Below are positions 26,051-40,440 of a DNA stretch of 64,000 nt, one piece after another. The position numbers were made by a program, and so were the translations under genes. The stretch covers positions 247,504,001 through 247,568,000 of the forward strand of contig OZ024741.1 of assembly GCA_964016885.1 (NCBI GenBank), in the 5' to 3' direction. This DNA is from Eledone cirrhosa (taxonomy: Eukaryota). The notes under the pieces were generated by a model. It was not told where the DNA came from and did not search any database. It saw only the letters and a program-made list of their open reading frames with translations. Numbering within the stretch: position 1 is the first letter of the stretch; every line of letters begins with the position of its first letter.

Positions 26051-29000
26051 CCCTGATTTTTTTTTACAAATTATCTCCCCCTGATTTTTTTTTTACAAAT
26101 TATCTCCCCCTGATTTTTTTACAAATTATCTCCCCCTGATTTTTTTTACAAATTATCTCCGCCTGATTTTTTAAAATATTATCTTACCTTGGCTGGCGGG
26201 AAATTATCTCCCCTTGGACGGCTGAAAATTATCTCCCCTTGGACGGCTGGAAATTATCTCCCCTTGATTTTTTTTACAAATTATCTCCCCCTGATTTTTT
26301 TTTACAAATTATCTCCCCCTGATTTTTTTTACAAATTATCTCCCCCCTGATTTTTTTACAAATTATCTCCCCTTGGCTGGCTGGAAATTATCTCCCCTTG
26401 GAGGCTGGAACTTATCTCCCCTTGGACGGCTAGAAATTACCTCTCCTTGGACGGCTGGAAAATATGTCTCCTTGGACGGCTGGATATTATCTCCCCTTGG
26501 ACGGCTGGAAATTATCTCCCCTTGGACGGCTGGAAATTATCTCCCCTTGGATGGCTAGATATTACCTCCCCTTGGACGGCTGGAAATTATCTCCCTTTGA
26601 TTTTTTTTACAAATTATCTCCCCCTGATTTTTTTTTACAAATTATCTCCCCCTGATTTTTTTTTACAAATTATCTCCCCCTGATTTTTGTTTACAAATTA
26701 TCTCCGCCTGATTTTTTTTTAAAAATTATCTCCCCTTGGACGGCTGGAAATTATCTCCCCTTGGACGGCTAGAAATTACCTCTCCTTGGACGGCTGAAAA
26801 TTATCTCCCCTTGGACGGCTGGAAATTATCTCCCCTTGATTTTTTTACAAATTATCTCCCCCTGATTTTTTTTTTACAAATTATCTCCCCCTGATTTTTT
26901 TTTACAAATTATCTACCCCTGATTTTTTTTTACAAATTATCTCCCCCTGATTTTTTTTACAAATTATCTCCCCCTGATTTTTTTTTACAAATTATCTCCC
27001 CCTGATTTTTTTACAAATTATCTCCCCCTGATTTTTTTTACAAATTATCTCCGCCTGATTTTTTTAAATATTATCTCTCCTTGGCTGGCGGGAAATTATC
27101 TCCCCTTGGACGGCTGGAAATTATCTCCCCTTGGAAGGATGGAAATTATCTCCCCTTGGACGGCTAGAAATTATCTCTCTTTGGACGGCTGGAAATTATC
27201 ACCCCTTGAGTTTTTTACAAATTATCTCCCCCTGATTTTTTTTACAAATCTCCCAGTGATTTTTAAAAAAAAATTATCTCCCCTTCGCTGGCTGGAAATT
27301 ATCTCCCCTTGGACGCTGGAAATTATAGCCCCTTGGAGGGCTTGAAATTATCTTCCCTTGGACGGCTGGAAATTATCTCCCCTTGATTTTTTTTTACAAA
27401 TTATCTCCCCCTGATTTTTTTTTACAAATTATCTCCCCCTGATTTTTTTTTACAACTTATCTGCGCCAGATTTTTTTAAAAAAATTATCTCCCCTTGGAC
27501 GGCTGGAAATTATCTCCCCTTGGACGGCTGGAAATTATCTCTCCTTGGACGGCTAGAATTTACCTCTCCTTGGACGGCTGAAAATTATCTCCCCTTGGAC
27601 GGCTGGAAATTATCTCCCCTTGATTTTTTTTACAAATTATCTCCCCCTGATTTTTTTTTACGAATTATCTCCCCCTGATTTTTTTTTACAAATTATCTCC
27701 CCCTGATTTTTTTTTACAAATTATCTCCCCCTGATTTTTTTTACAAATTATCTCCCTCTGATTTTTTTACAAATTATCTCCCCTTGGCTGGCTGGAAATT
27801 ATCTCCCCTAGGAGGCTGGAACTTATCTCCCCTTGGACGGCTAGAAATTACCTCTCTTTGGACGGCTGGAAAATATGTCTCCTTGGACGGCTGGATATTA
27901 TCTCCCCTTGGACGGCTGGAAATTATCTCCCCTTGGACGGCTGGAAATTATCTCCCCTTGGATGGCTAGATATTACCTCCCCTTGGACGGCTGGAAATTA
28001 TCTCCCCTTGATTTTTTTTACAAATTATCTCCCCCTGATTTTTTTTTACAAATTATCTCCCCCGATTTTTTTTTACAAATTATCTCCCCCTGATTTTTTT
28101 TTACAAATTATCTCCCCCTGATTTTTGTTTACAAATTATCTCCCCTTGGACGGCTGGAAATTATCTCCCCTTGGACGGCTAGAAATTACCTCTCCTTGGA
28201 CGGCTGAAAATTATCCTCCCTTGGACGGCTGGAAATTATCTCCCCTTGATTTTTTTACAAATTATCTCCCCCTGATTTTTTTTTTACAAATTATCTCACC
28301 CTGATTTTTTTTACAAATTATCTACCCCTGATTTTTTTTTACAAATTATCTCCCCCTGATTTTTTTTACAAATTATCTCCCACTGATTTTTTTTTTACAA
28401 ATTATCTCCCCCTGATTTTTTTACAAATTATCTCCCCCTGATTTTTTTTACAAATTATATCCGCCTGATTTTTTTAAATATTATCTCTCCTTGGCTGGCG
28501 GGAAATTATCTCCCCTTGGACGGCTGGAAATTATCTCCCCTTGGAAGGATGGAAATTATCTCCCCTTGGACGGCTAGAAATTATCTCTCTTTGGACGGCT
28601 GGAAATTATCACCCCTTGAGCTTTTTACAAATTATCTCCCCCTGATTTTTTTTACAAATCTCCCTGTGATTTTTAAAAAAAAATTATCTCCCCTTCGCTG
28701 GCTGGAAATTATCTCCCCTTGGACGCTGGAAATTATAGCCCCTTGGAGGGCTGGAAATTATCTTCCCTTGGACGGCTGGAAATTATCTCCCCTTGATTTT
28801 TTTTACAAATTATCTCCCCCTGATTTTTTTTTACAAATTATCTCCCCCTGATTTTTTTTACAACTTATCTGCGCCTGATTTTTTTTTAAAAATTATCTAC
28901 CCTTGGACGGCTGGAAATTATCTCCCCTTGGACGGCTGGAAATTATCTCTCCTTGGACGGCTAGAATTTACCTCTCCTTGGACGGCTGAAAATTATCTCC

Positions 29001-32000
29001 CCTTGGACGGCTGGAAATTATCGCCCCTTGATTTTTTTTACAAATTATCTCCCCCTGATTTTTTTTTACAAATTATCTCCCCCTGATTTTTTTTTACAAA
29101 TTATCTCCCCCTGATTTTTTTTTACAAATTATCTACCCCTGATTTTTTTTTACAAATTATCTCCCCTTGGCTGGCTGGAAATTATCTCCCCTTGGAGGAT
29201 GGAACTTATCTCCCCTTGGACGGCTAGAAATTACCTCTCCTTGGACGGCTGGAAAATATGTCTCCTTGGACGGCTGGATATTATCTCCCCTTGGACGGCT
29301 GGAAATTATCTCCCCTTGGACGGCTGAAAATTATCTCCCCTTGATTTTTTTTACAAATTATCTCCCCCTGATTTTTTTTTACAAATTATCTCCCCCTGAT
29401 TTTTGTTTACAAATTATCTCCCCCTGATTTTTTTTTACAAATTATCTCCCCCCTGATTTTTTTTAAAAATTATCTCCCCTTGGACGGCTGGAAATTATCT
29501 CCCCTTGGACGGCTGGAAATTATCTCTCCTTGGACGGCTAGAATTTACCTCTCCTTGGACGGCTGAAAATTATCTCCCCTTGGACGGCTGGAAATTATCT
29601 CCCCCTGATTTTTTTTTACAAATTATCTCCCCCTGATTTTTTTTACAAATTATCTCCTCCCTGATTTTTTTACAAATTATCTCCCCTTGGCTGGCTGGAA
29701 ATTATCTCCCCTTGGAGGCTGGAACTTATCTCCCCTTGGACGGCTAGAAATTACCTCTCCTTGGACGGCTGGAAAATATGTCTCCTTGGACGGCTGGATA
29801 TTATCTCCCCTTGGACGGCTGGAAATTATCTCCCCTTGGACGGCTGGAAATTATCTCCCCTTGGATGGCTAGATATTACCTCCCCTTGGACGGCTGGAAA
29901 TTATCTCCCTTTGATTTTTTTTACAAATTATCTCCCCCTGATTTTTTTTTACAAATTATCTCCCCCTGATTTTTTTTTACAAATTATCTCCCCCTGATTT
30001 TTGTTTACAAATTATCTCCGCCTGATTTTTTTTAAAAAATTATCTCCCCTTGGACGGCTGGAAATTATCTCCCCTTGGACGGCTAGAAATTACCTCTCCT
30101 TGGACGGCTGAAAATTATCTCCCCTTGGACGGCTGGAAATTATCTCCCCTTGATTTTTTTACAAATTATCTCCCCCTGATTTTTTTTTTTACAAATTATC
30201 TCCCCCTGATTTTTTTTTACAAATTATCTACCCCTGATTTTTTTTTACAAATTATCTCCCCCTGATTTTTTTTACAAATTATCTCCCCCTGATTTTTTTT
30301 TACAAATTATCTCCCCCTGATTTTTTTACAAATTATCTCCCCCTGATTTTTTTTACAAATTATCTCCGCCTGATTTTTTTAAATATTATCTCTCCTTGGC
30401 TGGCGGGAAATTATCTCCCCTTGGACGGCTGGAAATTATCTCCCCTTGGAAGGATGGAAATTATCTCCCCTTGGACGGCTAGAAATTATCTCTCTTTGGA
30501 CGGCTGGAAATTATCACCCCTTGAGTTTTTTACAAATTATCTCCCCCTGATTTTTTTTACAAATCTCCCAGTGATTTTTAAAAAAAAATTATCTCCCCTT
30601 CGCTGGCTGGAAATTATCTCCCCTTGGACGCTGGAAATTATAGCCCCTTGGAGGGCTTGAAATTATCTTCCCTTGGACGGCTGGAAATTATCTCTCCTTG
30701 GACGGCTAGAATTTACCTCTCCTTGGACGGCTGAAAATTATCTCCCCTTGGACGGCTGGAAATTATCTCCCCTTGATTTTTTTTACAAATTATCTCCCCC
30801 TGATTTTTTTTTACGAATTATCTCCCCCTGATTTTTTTTTACAAATTATCTCCCCCTGATTTTTTTTTACAAATTATCTCCCCCTGATTTTTTTACAAAT
30901 TATCTCCCCTTGGCTGGCTGGAAATTATCTCCCCTAGGAGGCTGGAACTTATCTCCCCTTGGACGGCTAGAAATTACCTCTCTTTGGACGGCTGGAAAAT
31001 ATGTCTCCTTGGACGGCTGGATATTATCTCCCCTTGGACGGCTGGAAATTATCTCCCCTTGGACGGCTGGAAATTATCTCCCCTTGGATGGCTAGATATT
31101 ACCTCCCCTTGGACGGCTGGAAATTATCTCCCCTTGATTTTTTTTACAAATTATCTCCCCCTGATTTTTTTTTACAAATTATCTCCCCCGATTTTTTTTT
31201 ACAAATTATCTCCCCCTGATTTTTTTTTACAAATTATCTCCCCCTGATTTTTGTTTACAAATTATCTCCCCTTGGACGGCTGGAAATTATCTCCCCTTGG
31301 ACGGCTAGAAATTACCTCTCCTTGGACGGCTGAAAATTATCCTCCCTTGGACGGCTGGAAATTATCTCCCCTTGATTTTTTTACAAATTATCTCCCCCTG
31401 ATTTTTTTTTTACAAATTATCTCACCCTGATTTTTTTTACAAATTATCTACCCCTGATTTTTTTTTACAAATTATCTCCCCCTGATTTTTTTTACAAATT
31501 ATCTCCCACTGATTTTTTTTTTACAAATTATCTCCCCCTGATTTTTTTACAAATTATCTCCCCCTGATTTTTTTTACAAATTATATCCGCCTGATTTTTT
31601 TAAATATTATCTCTCCTTGGCTGGCGGGAAATTATCTCCCCTTGGACGGCTGGAAATTATCTCCCCTTGGAAGGATGGAAATTATCTCCCCTTGGACGGC
31701 TGGAAGTTATCTACCCCTGATTTTTTTTACAAATTATCTCCCCCTGATTTTTTTTACAAATTATCTCCCCCTGATTTTTTTTTTACAAATTATCTCCCTC
31801 TGATTTTTTTACAAATTATCTCCCCCTGATATTTTTTACAAATTATCTCCGCCTGATTTTTTAAAATATTATCTTACCTTGGCTGGCGGGAAATTATCTC
31901 CCCTTGGACGGCTGAAAATTATCTCCCCTTGGACGGCTGGAAATTATCTCCCCTTGATTTTTTTTACAAATTATCTCCCCCTGATTTTTTTTTACAAATT

Positions 32001-35000
32001 ATCTCCCCCTGATTTTTTTTACAAATTATCTCCCCCCTGATTTTTTTACAAATTATCTCCCCTTGGCTGGCTGGAAATTATCTCCCCTTGGAGGCTTGAA
32101 CTTATCTCCCCTTGGACGGCTAGAAATTACCTCTCCTTGGACGGCTGGAAAATATGTCTCCTTGGACGGCTGGATATTATCTCCCCTTGGACGGCTGGAA
32201 ATTATCTCCCCTTGGACGGCTGGAAATTATCTCCCCTTGGATGGCTAGATATTACCTCCCCTTGGACGGCTGGAAATTATCTCCCTTTGATTTTTTTTAC
32301 AAATTATCTCCCCCTGATTTTTTTTTACAAATTATCTCCGCCTGATTTTTTTTTACAAATTATCTCCCCCTGATTTTTGTTTACAAATTATCTCCGCCTG
32401 ATTTTTTTTTAAAAATTATCTCCCCTTGGACGGCTGGAAATTATCTCCCCTTGGACGGCTAGAAATTACCTCTCCTTGGACGGCTGAAAATTATCTCCCC
32501 TTGGACGGCTGGAAATTATCTCCCCTTGATTTTTTTACAAATTATCTCCCCCTGATTTTTTTTTACAAATTATCTCCCCCTGATTTTTTTTTACAAATTA
32601 TCTACCCCTGATTTTTTTTTACAAATTATCTCCCCCTGATTTTTTTACAAATTATCTCCCCCTGATTTTTTTTTTACAAATTATCTCCCCCTGATTTTTT
32701 TACAAATTATCTCCCCCTGATTTTTTTTACAAATTATCTCCGCCTGATTTTTTTAAATATTATCTCTCCTTGGCTGGCGGGAAATTATCTCCCCTTGGAC
32801 GGCTGGAAATTATCTCCCCTTGGAAGGATGGAAATTATCTCCCCTTGGACGGCTAGAAATTATCTCTCTTTGGACGGCTGGAAATTATCACCCCTTGAGT
32901 TTTTTACAAATTATCTCCCCCTGATTTTTTTTACAAATCTCCCAGTGATTTTTTAAAAAAAATTATCTCCCCTTCGCTGGCTGGAAATTATCTCCCCTTG
33001 GACGCTGGAAATTATAGCCCCTTGGAGGGCTTGAAATTATCTTCCCTTGGACGGCTGGAAATTATCTCCCCTTGATTTTTTTTTACAAATTATCTCCCCA
33101 TGATTTTTTTTTACAAATTATCTCCCCCTGATTTTTTTTTACAACTTATCTGCGCCAGATTTTTTTAAAAAAATTATCTCCCCTTGGACGGCTGGAAATT
33201 ATCTCCCCTTGGACGGCTGGAAATTATCTCTCCTTGGACGGCTAGAATTTACCTCTCCTTGGACGGCTGAAAATTATCTCCCCTTGGACGGCTGGAAATT
33301 ATCTCCCCTTGATTTTTTTTACAAATTATCTCCCCCTGATTTTTTTTTACGAATTATCTCCCCCTGATTTTTTTTTACAAATTATCTCCCCCTGATTTTT
33401 TTTTAAAAATTATCTCCCCCTGATTTTTTTTACAAATTATCTCCCTCTGATTTTTTTACAAATTATCTCCCCTTGGCTGGCTGGAAATTATCTCCCCTAG
33501 GAGGCTGGAACTTATCTCCCCTTGGACGGCTAGAAATTACCTCTCTTTGGACGGCTGGAAAATATGTCTCCTTGGACGGCTGGATATTATCTCCCCTTGG
33601 ACGGCTGGAAATTATCTCCCCTTGGACGGCTGGAAATTATCTCCCCTTGGATGGCTAGATATTACCTCCCCTTGGACGGCTGGAAATTATCTCCCCTTGA
33701 TTTTTTTTTACAAATTATCTCCCCCTGATTTTTTTTTACAAATTATCTCCCCCGATTTTTTTTTACAAATTATCTCTCCCTGATTTTTTTTTACAAATTA
33801 TCTCCCCCTGATTTTTGTTTACAAATTATCTCCCCTTGGACGGCTGGAAATTATCTCCCCTTGGACGGCTAGAAATTACCTCTCCTTGGACGGCTGAAAA
33901 TTATCCTCCCTTGGACGGCTGGAAATTATCTCCCCTTGATTTTTTTACAAATTATCTCCCCCTGATTTTTTTTTTACAAATTATCTCACCCTGATTTTTT
34001 TTACAAATTATCTACCCCTGATTTTTTTTTACAAATTATCTCCCCCTGATTTTTTTACAAATTATCTCCCCCTGATTTTTTTTACAAATTATCTCCGCCT
34101 GATTTTTTAAAATATTATCTTACCTTGGCTGGCGGGAAATTATCTCCCCTTGGACGGCTGAAAATTATCTCCCCTTGGACGGCTGGAAATTATCTCCCCT
34201 TGATTTTTTTTACAAATTATCTCCCCCTGATTTTTTTTTACAAATTATCTCCCCCTGATTTAAAAAAAAAAATTATCTCCCCTTCGCTGGCTGGAAATTA
34301 TCTCCCCTTGGACGCTGGAAATTATAGCCCCTTGGAGGGCTGGAAATTATCTTCCCTTGGACGGCTGGAAATTATCTCCCCTTGATTTTTTTTTACAAAT
34401 TATCTCCCCCTGATTTTTTTTTACAAATTATCTCCCCCTGATTTTTTTTTACAAATTATCTCCCCCTGATTTTTTTTTTACAAATTATCTCCGCCTGATT
34501 TTTTTTTTAAAATTATCTCCCCTTGGACGGCTGGAAATTATCTCCCCTTGGACGGCTGGAAATTATCTCCCCTTGGACGGCTAGAAATTATCTCTCCTTG
34601 GACGGCTGAAAATTATCTCCCCTTGGACGGCTGCAAATTATCTCCCCTTGATTTTTTTTACAAATTATCTCCCCCTGATTTTTTTTACAAATTATCTCCC
34701 CCTGATTTTTTTTTACAAATTATCTCCCCCTGATTTTTTTTTACAAATTATCTCCCCCTGATTTTTTTACAAATTATCTCCCCCTGATTTTTTTACAATC
34801 TCCGCCTGATTTTTTTAAAAATTATCTTCCCTTGGCTGGCGGGAAATTATCTCCCCTTGGACGGCTGGAAATTATCTCCCCTTGGAAGGATGGAAATTAT
34901 CTCCCCTTGGACGGCTGGAAATTATCTCCCCTTGCACGGCTGGAAATTATCTCCCCTTGGCTGGAAATTATCTCCCCTTGGACGGCTAGAAATTATCTCT

Positions 35001-35900
35001 CTTTGGACGGCTGGAAATTATCTCCCTTTGATTTTTTTTACAAATTATCTCCCTCTGATTTTTTTTACAAATCTCCCCCTGATTTTTTAAAAAAAATTAT
35101 CTCCCCTTCGCTGGCTGGAAATTATCTCCCCTTGGACACTGGAAATTATAGCCCCTTGGAGGGCTGGAAATTATCTTCTCTTGGACGGCTGGAAATTATC
35201 TCCCCTTGATTTTTTTTACAAATTATCTCCGCCTGATTTTTTTTTTAAATTATCTCTCCTTGGACGGCTGGAAATTATCTCCCCTTGATTTTTTTTACAA
35301 ATTATCTCCCCCTGATTTTTTTTACAAATTATCTCCCACTGATTTTTTTTTACAAATTATCTACCCCTGATTTTTTTTTACAAATTATCTCCCCCTGATT
35401 TTTTTTACAAATTATCTCACCCTGATTTTTCTTTTACAAATTATCTCCCCCTGATTTTTTTACAAATTATCTCCCCCTGATTTTTTTACAAATTATCTCC
35501 GCCTGATTTTTTTAAATATTATCTTCCCTTGGCTGGCGGGAAATTATCTCCCCTTGGACGGCTGGAAATTATCTGCCCTTGATTTTCTTTTTACAAAATA
35601 TCTTCCACTGATTTTTTTTACAAATTATCTCCACCTGATTTTTTAAAAAATTATCTCCCCTTGGAAGGCTGGAAATTATCTCCCCTTGGCTGGAAATTAT
35701 CTCCCCTTGGAAGGCTAGAAATTATCTCTCTTTGGACGGCTGGAAATTATCACCCCTTGAGTTTTTTTACAAATTATCTCCCCCTGATTTTTTTTACAAA
35801 TCTCCCAGTGATATTTAAAAAAAAATTATCTCCCCTTCGCTGGCTGGAAATTATCTCCCCTTGGACGCTGGAAATTATAGCCCCTTGGAGGGCTGGAAAT
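26050..35900 (+). repeat. Variant-distinct sub-array with ~1.4-kb subunits and private point variants
   Basis: Markers seen only here: CCCCTAGGAGG (~27807, 30932, 33495), TTACGAATT (~27658, 30811, 33347), TTATCCTCCC, GGGCTTGAAA, GCGCCAGA and TTATATCCGCC. Offsets: 26373/27784=1411, 27106/28516=1410, 26373/32063=5690. Confidence 0.85.
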
Positions 35901-36129
35901 TATCTTCCCTTGGACGGCTGGAAATTATCTCCCCTTGATTTTTTTTACAAATTATCTCCCCCTGATTTTTTTTACAAATTATCTCCCCCTGATTTTTTTG
36001 ACAACTTATCTGCGCCTGATTTTTTTTAAAAAATTATCTCCCCTTGGACGGCTGGAAATTATCTCCCCTTGGACGGCTGGAAATTATCTCTCCTTGGACG
36101 GCTAGAATTTACCTCTCCTTGGACGGCTG

Positions 36130-39100
36130 AAAATTATCTCCCCTTGGACGGCTGGAAATTACCTCCCCTTGATTTTTTTACAAATTATCTCCCCCTGATT
36201 TTTTTTTACAAATTATCTCCCCCTGATTTTTGTTTACAAATTATCTCCCCTTGGACGGCTGGAAATTATCTCCCCTTGGACGGCTAGAAATTACCTCTCC
36301 TTGGACGGCTGAAAATTATCTCCCCTTGGACGGCTGGAAATTATCTCCCCTTGATTTTTTTACAAATTATCTCCCCCTGATTTTTTTTTTACAAATTATC
36401 TCACCCTGATTTTTTTTATAAATTATCTACCCCTGATTTTTTTTTACAAATTATCTCCCCCTGATTTTTTTTACAAATTATCTCCCCCTGATTTTTTTTT
36501 TACAAATTATCTCCCCCTGATTTTTTTACAAATTATCTCCCCCTGATTTTTTTTACAAATTATCTCCGCCTGATTTTTTTAAATATTATCTCTCCTTGGC
36601 TGGCGGGAAATTATCTCCCCTTGGACGGCTGGAAATTATCTCCCCTTGGAAGGATGGAAATTATCTCCCCTTGGACGGCTGGAAATTATCTACCCCTGAT
36701 TTTTTTTACAAATTATCTCCCCCTGATTTATTTTACAAATTATCTCCCCCTGATTTTTTTTTTAAAAATTATCTCCCCCTGATTTTTTTACAAATTATCT
36801 CCCCCTGATTTTTTTTACAAATTATCTCCGCCTGATTTTTTAAAATATTATCTTACCTTGGCTGGCGGGAAATTATCTCCCCTTGGACGGCTGAAAATTA
36901 TCTCCCCTTGGACAGCTGGAAATTATCTCCCCCTGATTTTTTTTACAAATTATCTCCCCCTGATTTTTTTTTTACAAATTATCTCCGCCTGATTTTTTTT
37001 AAAAAATTATCTCCCCTTGGACGGCTGGAAATTATCTCCCCTTGGACGGCTGGAAATTATCTCCCCTTGGACGGCTAGAAATTATCTCTCCTTGGACGGC
37101 TGAAAATTATCTCCCCTTGGACGGCTGCAAATTATCTCCCCTTGATTTTTTTTACAAATTATCTCCCCCTGATTTTTTTTACAAATTATCTCCCCCTGAT
37201 TTTTTTTACAAATTATCTACCCCTGATTTTTTTTACAAATTATCTCCCCCTGATTTTTTTTTACAAATTATCTCCCTCTGATTTTTTTTTACAAATTATC
37301 TCCCCCTGATTTTTTTTTTACAAATTATCTCCCCCTGATTTTTTTACAAATTATCTCCCCCTGATTTTTTTTACAATCTCCGCCTGATTTTTTTAAAAAT
37401 TATCTTCCCTTGGCTGGCGGGAAATTATCTCCCCTTGGACGGCTGGAAATTATCTCCCCTTGGAAGGATGGAAATTATCTCCCCTTGGACGGCTGGAAAT
37501 TATCTCCCCTTGCACGGCTGGAAATTATCTCCCCTTGGCTGGAAATTATCTCCCCTTGGACGGCTAGAAATTATCTCTCTTTGGACGGCTGGAAATTATC
37601 TCCCTTTGATTTTTTTTACAAATTATCTCCCTCTGATTTTTTTTACAAATCTCCCACTGATTTTTTAAAAAAAATTATCTCCCCTTCGCTGGCTGGAAAT
37701 TATCTCCCCTTGGACACTGGAAATTATAGCCCCTTGGAGGGCTGGAAATTATCTTCTCTTGGACGGCTGGAAATTATCTCCCCTTGATTTTTTTTACAAA
37801 TTATCTCCGCCTGATTTTTTTTTTAAATTATCTCTCCTTGGACGGCTGGAAATTATCTCCCCTTGATTTTTTTTACAAATTATCTCCCCCTGATTTTTTT
37901 TACAAATTATCTCCCCCTGATTTTTTTTTACAACTTATCTGCGCCTGATTTTTTTAAAAATATTATCTCCCCTTGGACGGCTGGAAATTATCTCCCCTTG
38001 GACGGCTGGAAATTATCTCTCCTTGGACGGCTAGAATTTACCTCTCCTTGGACGGCTGAAAATTATCTCCCCTTGGACGGCTGGAAATTACCTCCCCTTG
38101 ATTTTTTTTACAAATTATCTCCCCCTGATTTTTTTTTACAAATTATCTCCCCCTGATTTTTGTTTACAAATTATCTCCCCTTGGACGGCTGGAAATTATC
38201 TCCCCTTGGACCGCTAGAAATTACCTCTCCTTGGACGGCTGAAAATTATCTCCCCTTGGACGGCTGGAAATTATCTCCCCTTGATTTTTTTACAAATTAT
38301 CTCCCCCTGATTTTTTTTTTACAAATTATCTCACCCTGATTTTTTTTACAAATTATCTACCCCTGATTTTTTTTCACAAATTATCTCCCCCTGATTTTTT
38401 TTACAAATTATCTCCCCCTGATTTTTTTTTTACAAATTATCTCCCCCTGATTTTTTTTACAAATTATCTCCGCCTGATTTTTTTAAATATTATCTCTCCT
38501 TGGCTGGCGGGAAATTATCTTCCCTTGGACGGCTGGAAATTATCTCCCCTTGGAAGGATGGAAATTATCTCCCCTTGGACGGCTGGAAATTATCTACCCC
38601 TGATTTTTTTTACAAATTATCTCCCCCTGATTTATTTTACAAATTATCTCCCCCTGATTTTTTTTTTAAAATTATCTCCCCCTGATTTTTTTACAAATTA
38701 TCTCCCCCTGATTTTTTTTACAAATTATCTCCGCCTGATTTTTTTAAATATTATCTTACCTTGGCTGGCGGGAAATTATCTCCCCTTGGACGGCTGAAAA
38801 TTATCTCCCCTTGGACGGCTGGAAATTATCTCCCCTTGATTTTTTTTACAAATTATCTCCCCCTGATTTTTTTTTACAAATTATCTCCGCCTGATTTTTA
38901 AAAAAAAATTATCTCCCCTTCGCTGGCTGGAAATTATCTCCCCTTGGACGCTGGAAATTATAGCCCCTTGGAGGGCTGGAAATTATCTTCCCTTGGACGG
39001 CTGGAAATTATCTCCCCTTGATTTTTTTTACAAATTATCTCCCCCTGATTTTTTTTTACAAATTATCTCCCCCTGATTTTTTTTTACAAATTATCTCCCC

Positions 39101-40440
39101 CTGATTTTTTTTTTACAAATTATCTCCGCCTGATTTTTTTAAAAAAATTATCTCCCCTTGGACGGCTGGAAATTATCTCCCTTTGGACGGCTGGAAATTA
39201 TCTCCCCTTGGACGGCTAGAAATTATCTCTCCTTGGACGGCTGAAAATTATCTCCCCTTGGACGGCTGCAAATTATCTCCCCTTGATTTTTTTTACAAAT
39301 TATCTCCCCCTGATTTTTTTTACAAATTATCTCCCCCTGATTTTTTTTACAAATTATCTACCCCTGATTTTTTTTACAAATTATCTCCCCCTGATTTTTT
39401 TTTACAAATTATCTCCCTCTGATTTTTTTTTACAAATTATCTCCCCCTGATTTTTTTTTTACAAATTATCTCCCCCTGATTTTTTTACAAATTATCTCCC
39501 CCTGATTTTTTTTACAATCTCCGCCTGATTTTTTTAAAAATTATCTTCCCTTGGCTGGCGGGAAATTATCTCCCCTTGGACGGCTGGAAATTATCTCCCC
39601 TTGGAAGGATGGAAATTATCTCCCCTTGGACGGCTGGAAATTATCTCCCTTTGATTTTTTTTACAAATTATCTCCCTCTGATTTTTTTTACAAATCTCCC
39701 CCTGATTTTTTAAAAAAAATTATCTCCCCTTCGCTGGCTGGAAATTATCTCCCCTTGGACACTGGAAATTATAGCCCCTTGGAGGGCTGGAAATTATCTT
39801 CTCTTGGACGGCTGGAAATTATCTCCCCTTGATTTTTTTTACAAATTATCTCCGCCTGATTTTTTTTTTAAATTATCTCTCCTTGGACGGCTGGAAATTA
39901 TCTCCCCTTGATTTTTTAAAAAATTATCTCCCCTTGGAAGGCTGGAAATTATCTCCCCTTGGCTGGAAATTATCTCCCCTTGGACGGCTAGAAATTATCT
40001 CTCTTTGGACGGCTGGAAATTATCACCCCTTGAGTTTTTTTACAAATTATCTCCCCCTGATTTTTTTTACAAATCTCCCAGTGATTTTTTAAAAAAAATT
40101 ATCTCCCCTTCGCTGGCTGGAAATTATCTCCCCTTGGACGCTGGAAATTATAGCCCCTTGGAGGGCTGGAAATTATCTTCCCTTGGACGGCTGGAAATTA
40201 TCTCCCCTTGATTTTTTTTACAAATTATCTCCCCCTGATTTTTTTTACAAATTATCTCCCCCTGATTTTTTTTACAACTTATCTGCGCCTGATTTTTTTT
40301 AAAAAATTATCTCCCCTTGGACGGCTGGAAATTATCTCCCCTTGGACGGCTGGAAATTATCTCTCCTTGGACGGCTAGAATTTACCTCTCCTTGGACGGC
40401 TGAAAATTATCTCCCCTTGGACGGCTGGAAATTACCTCCC
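36130..40440 (+). repeat. Copy of ~21.9-26.0 kb displaced by ~14.2-14.4 kb
   Basis: 22369/36596, 22815/37042, 23183/37410 and 23636/37863 are offset by 14227. 24766/39183 and 25134/39551 are offset by 14417. Confidence 0.82.
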
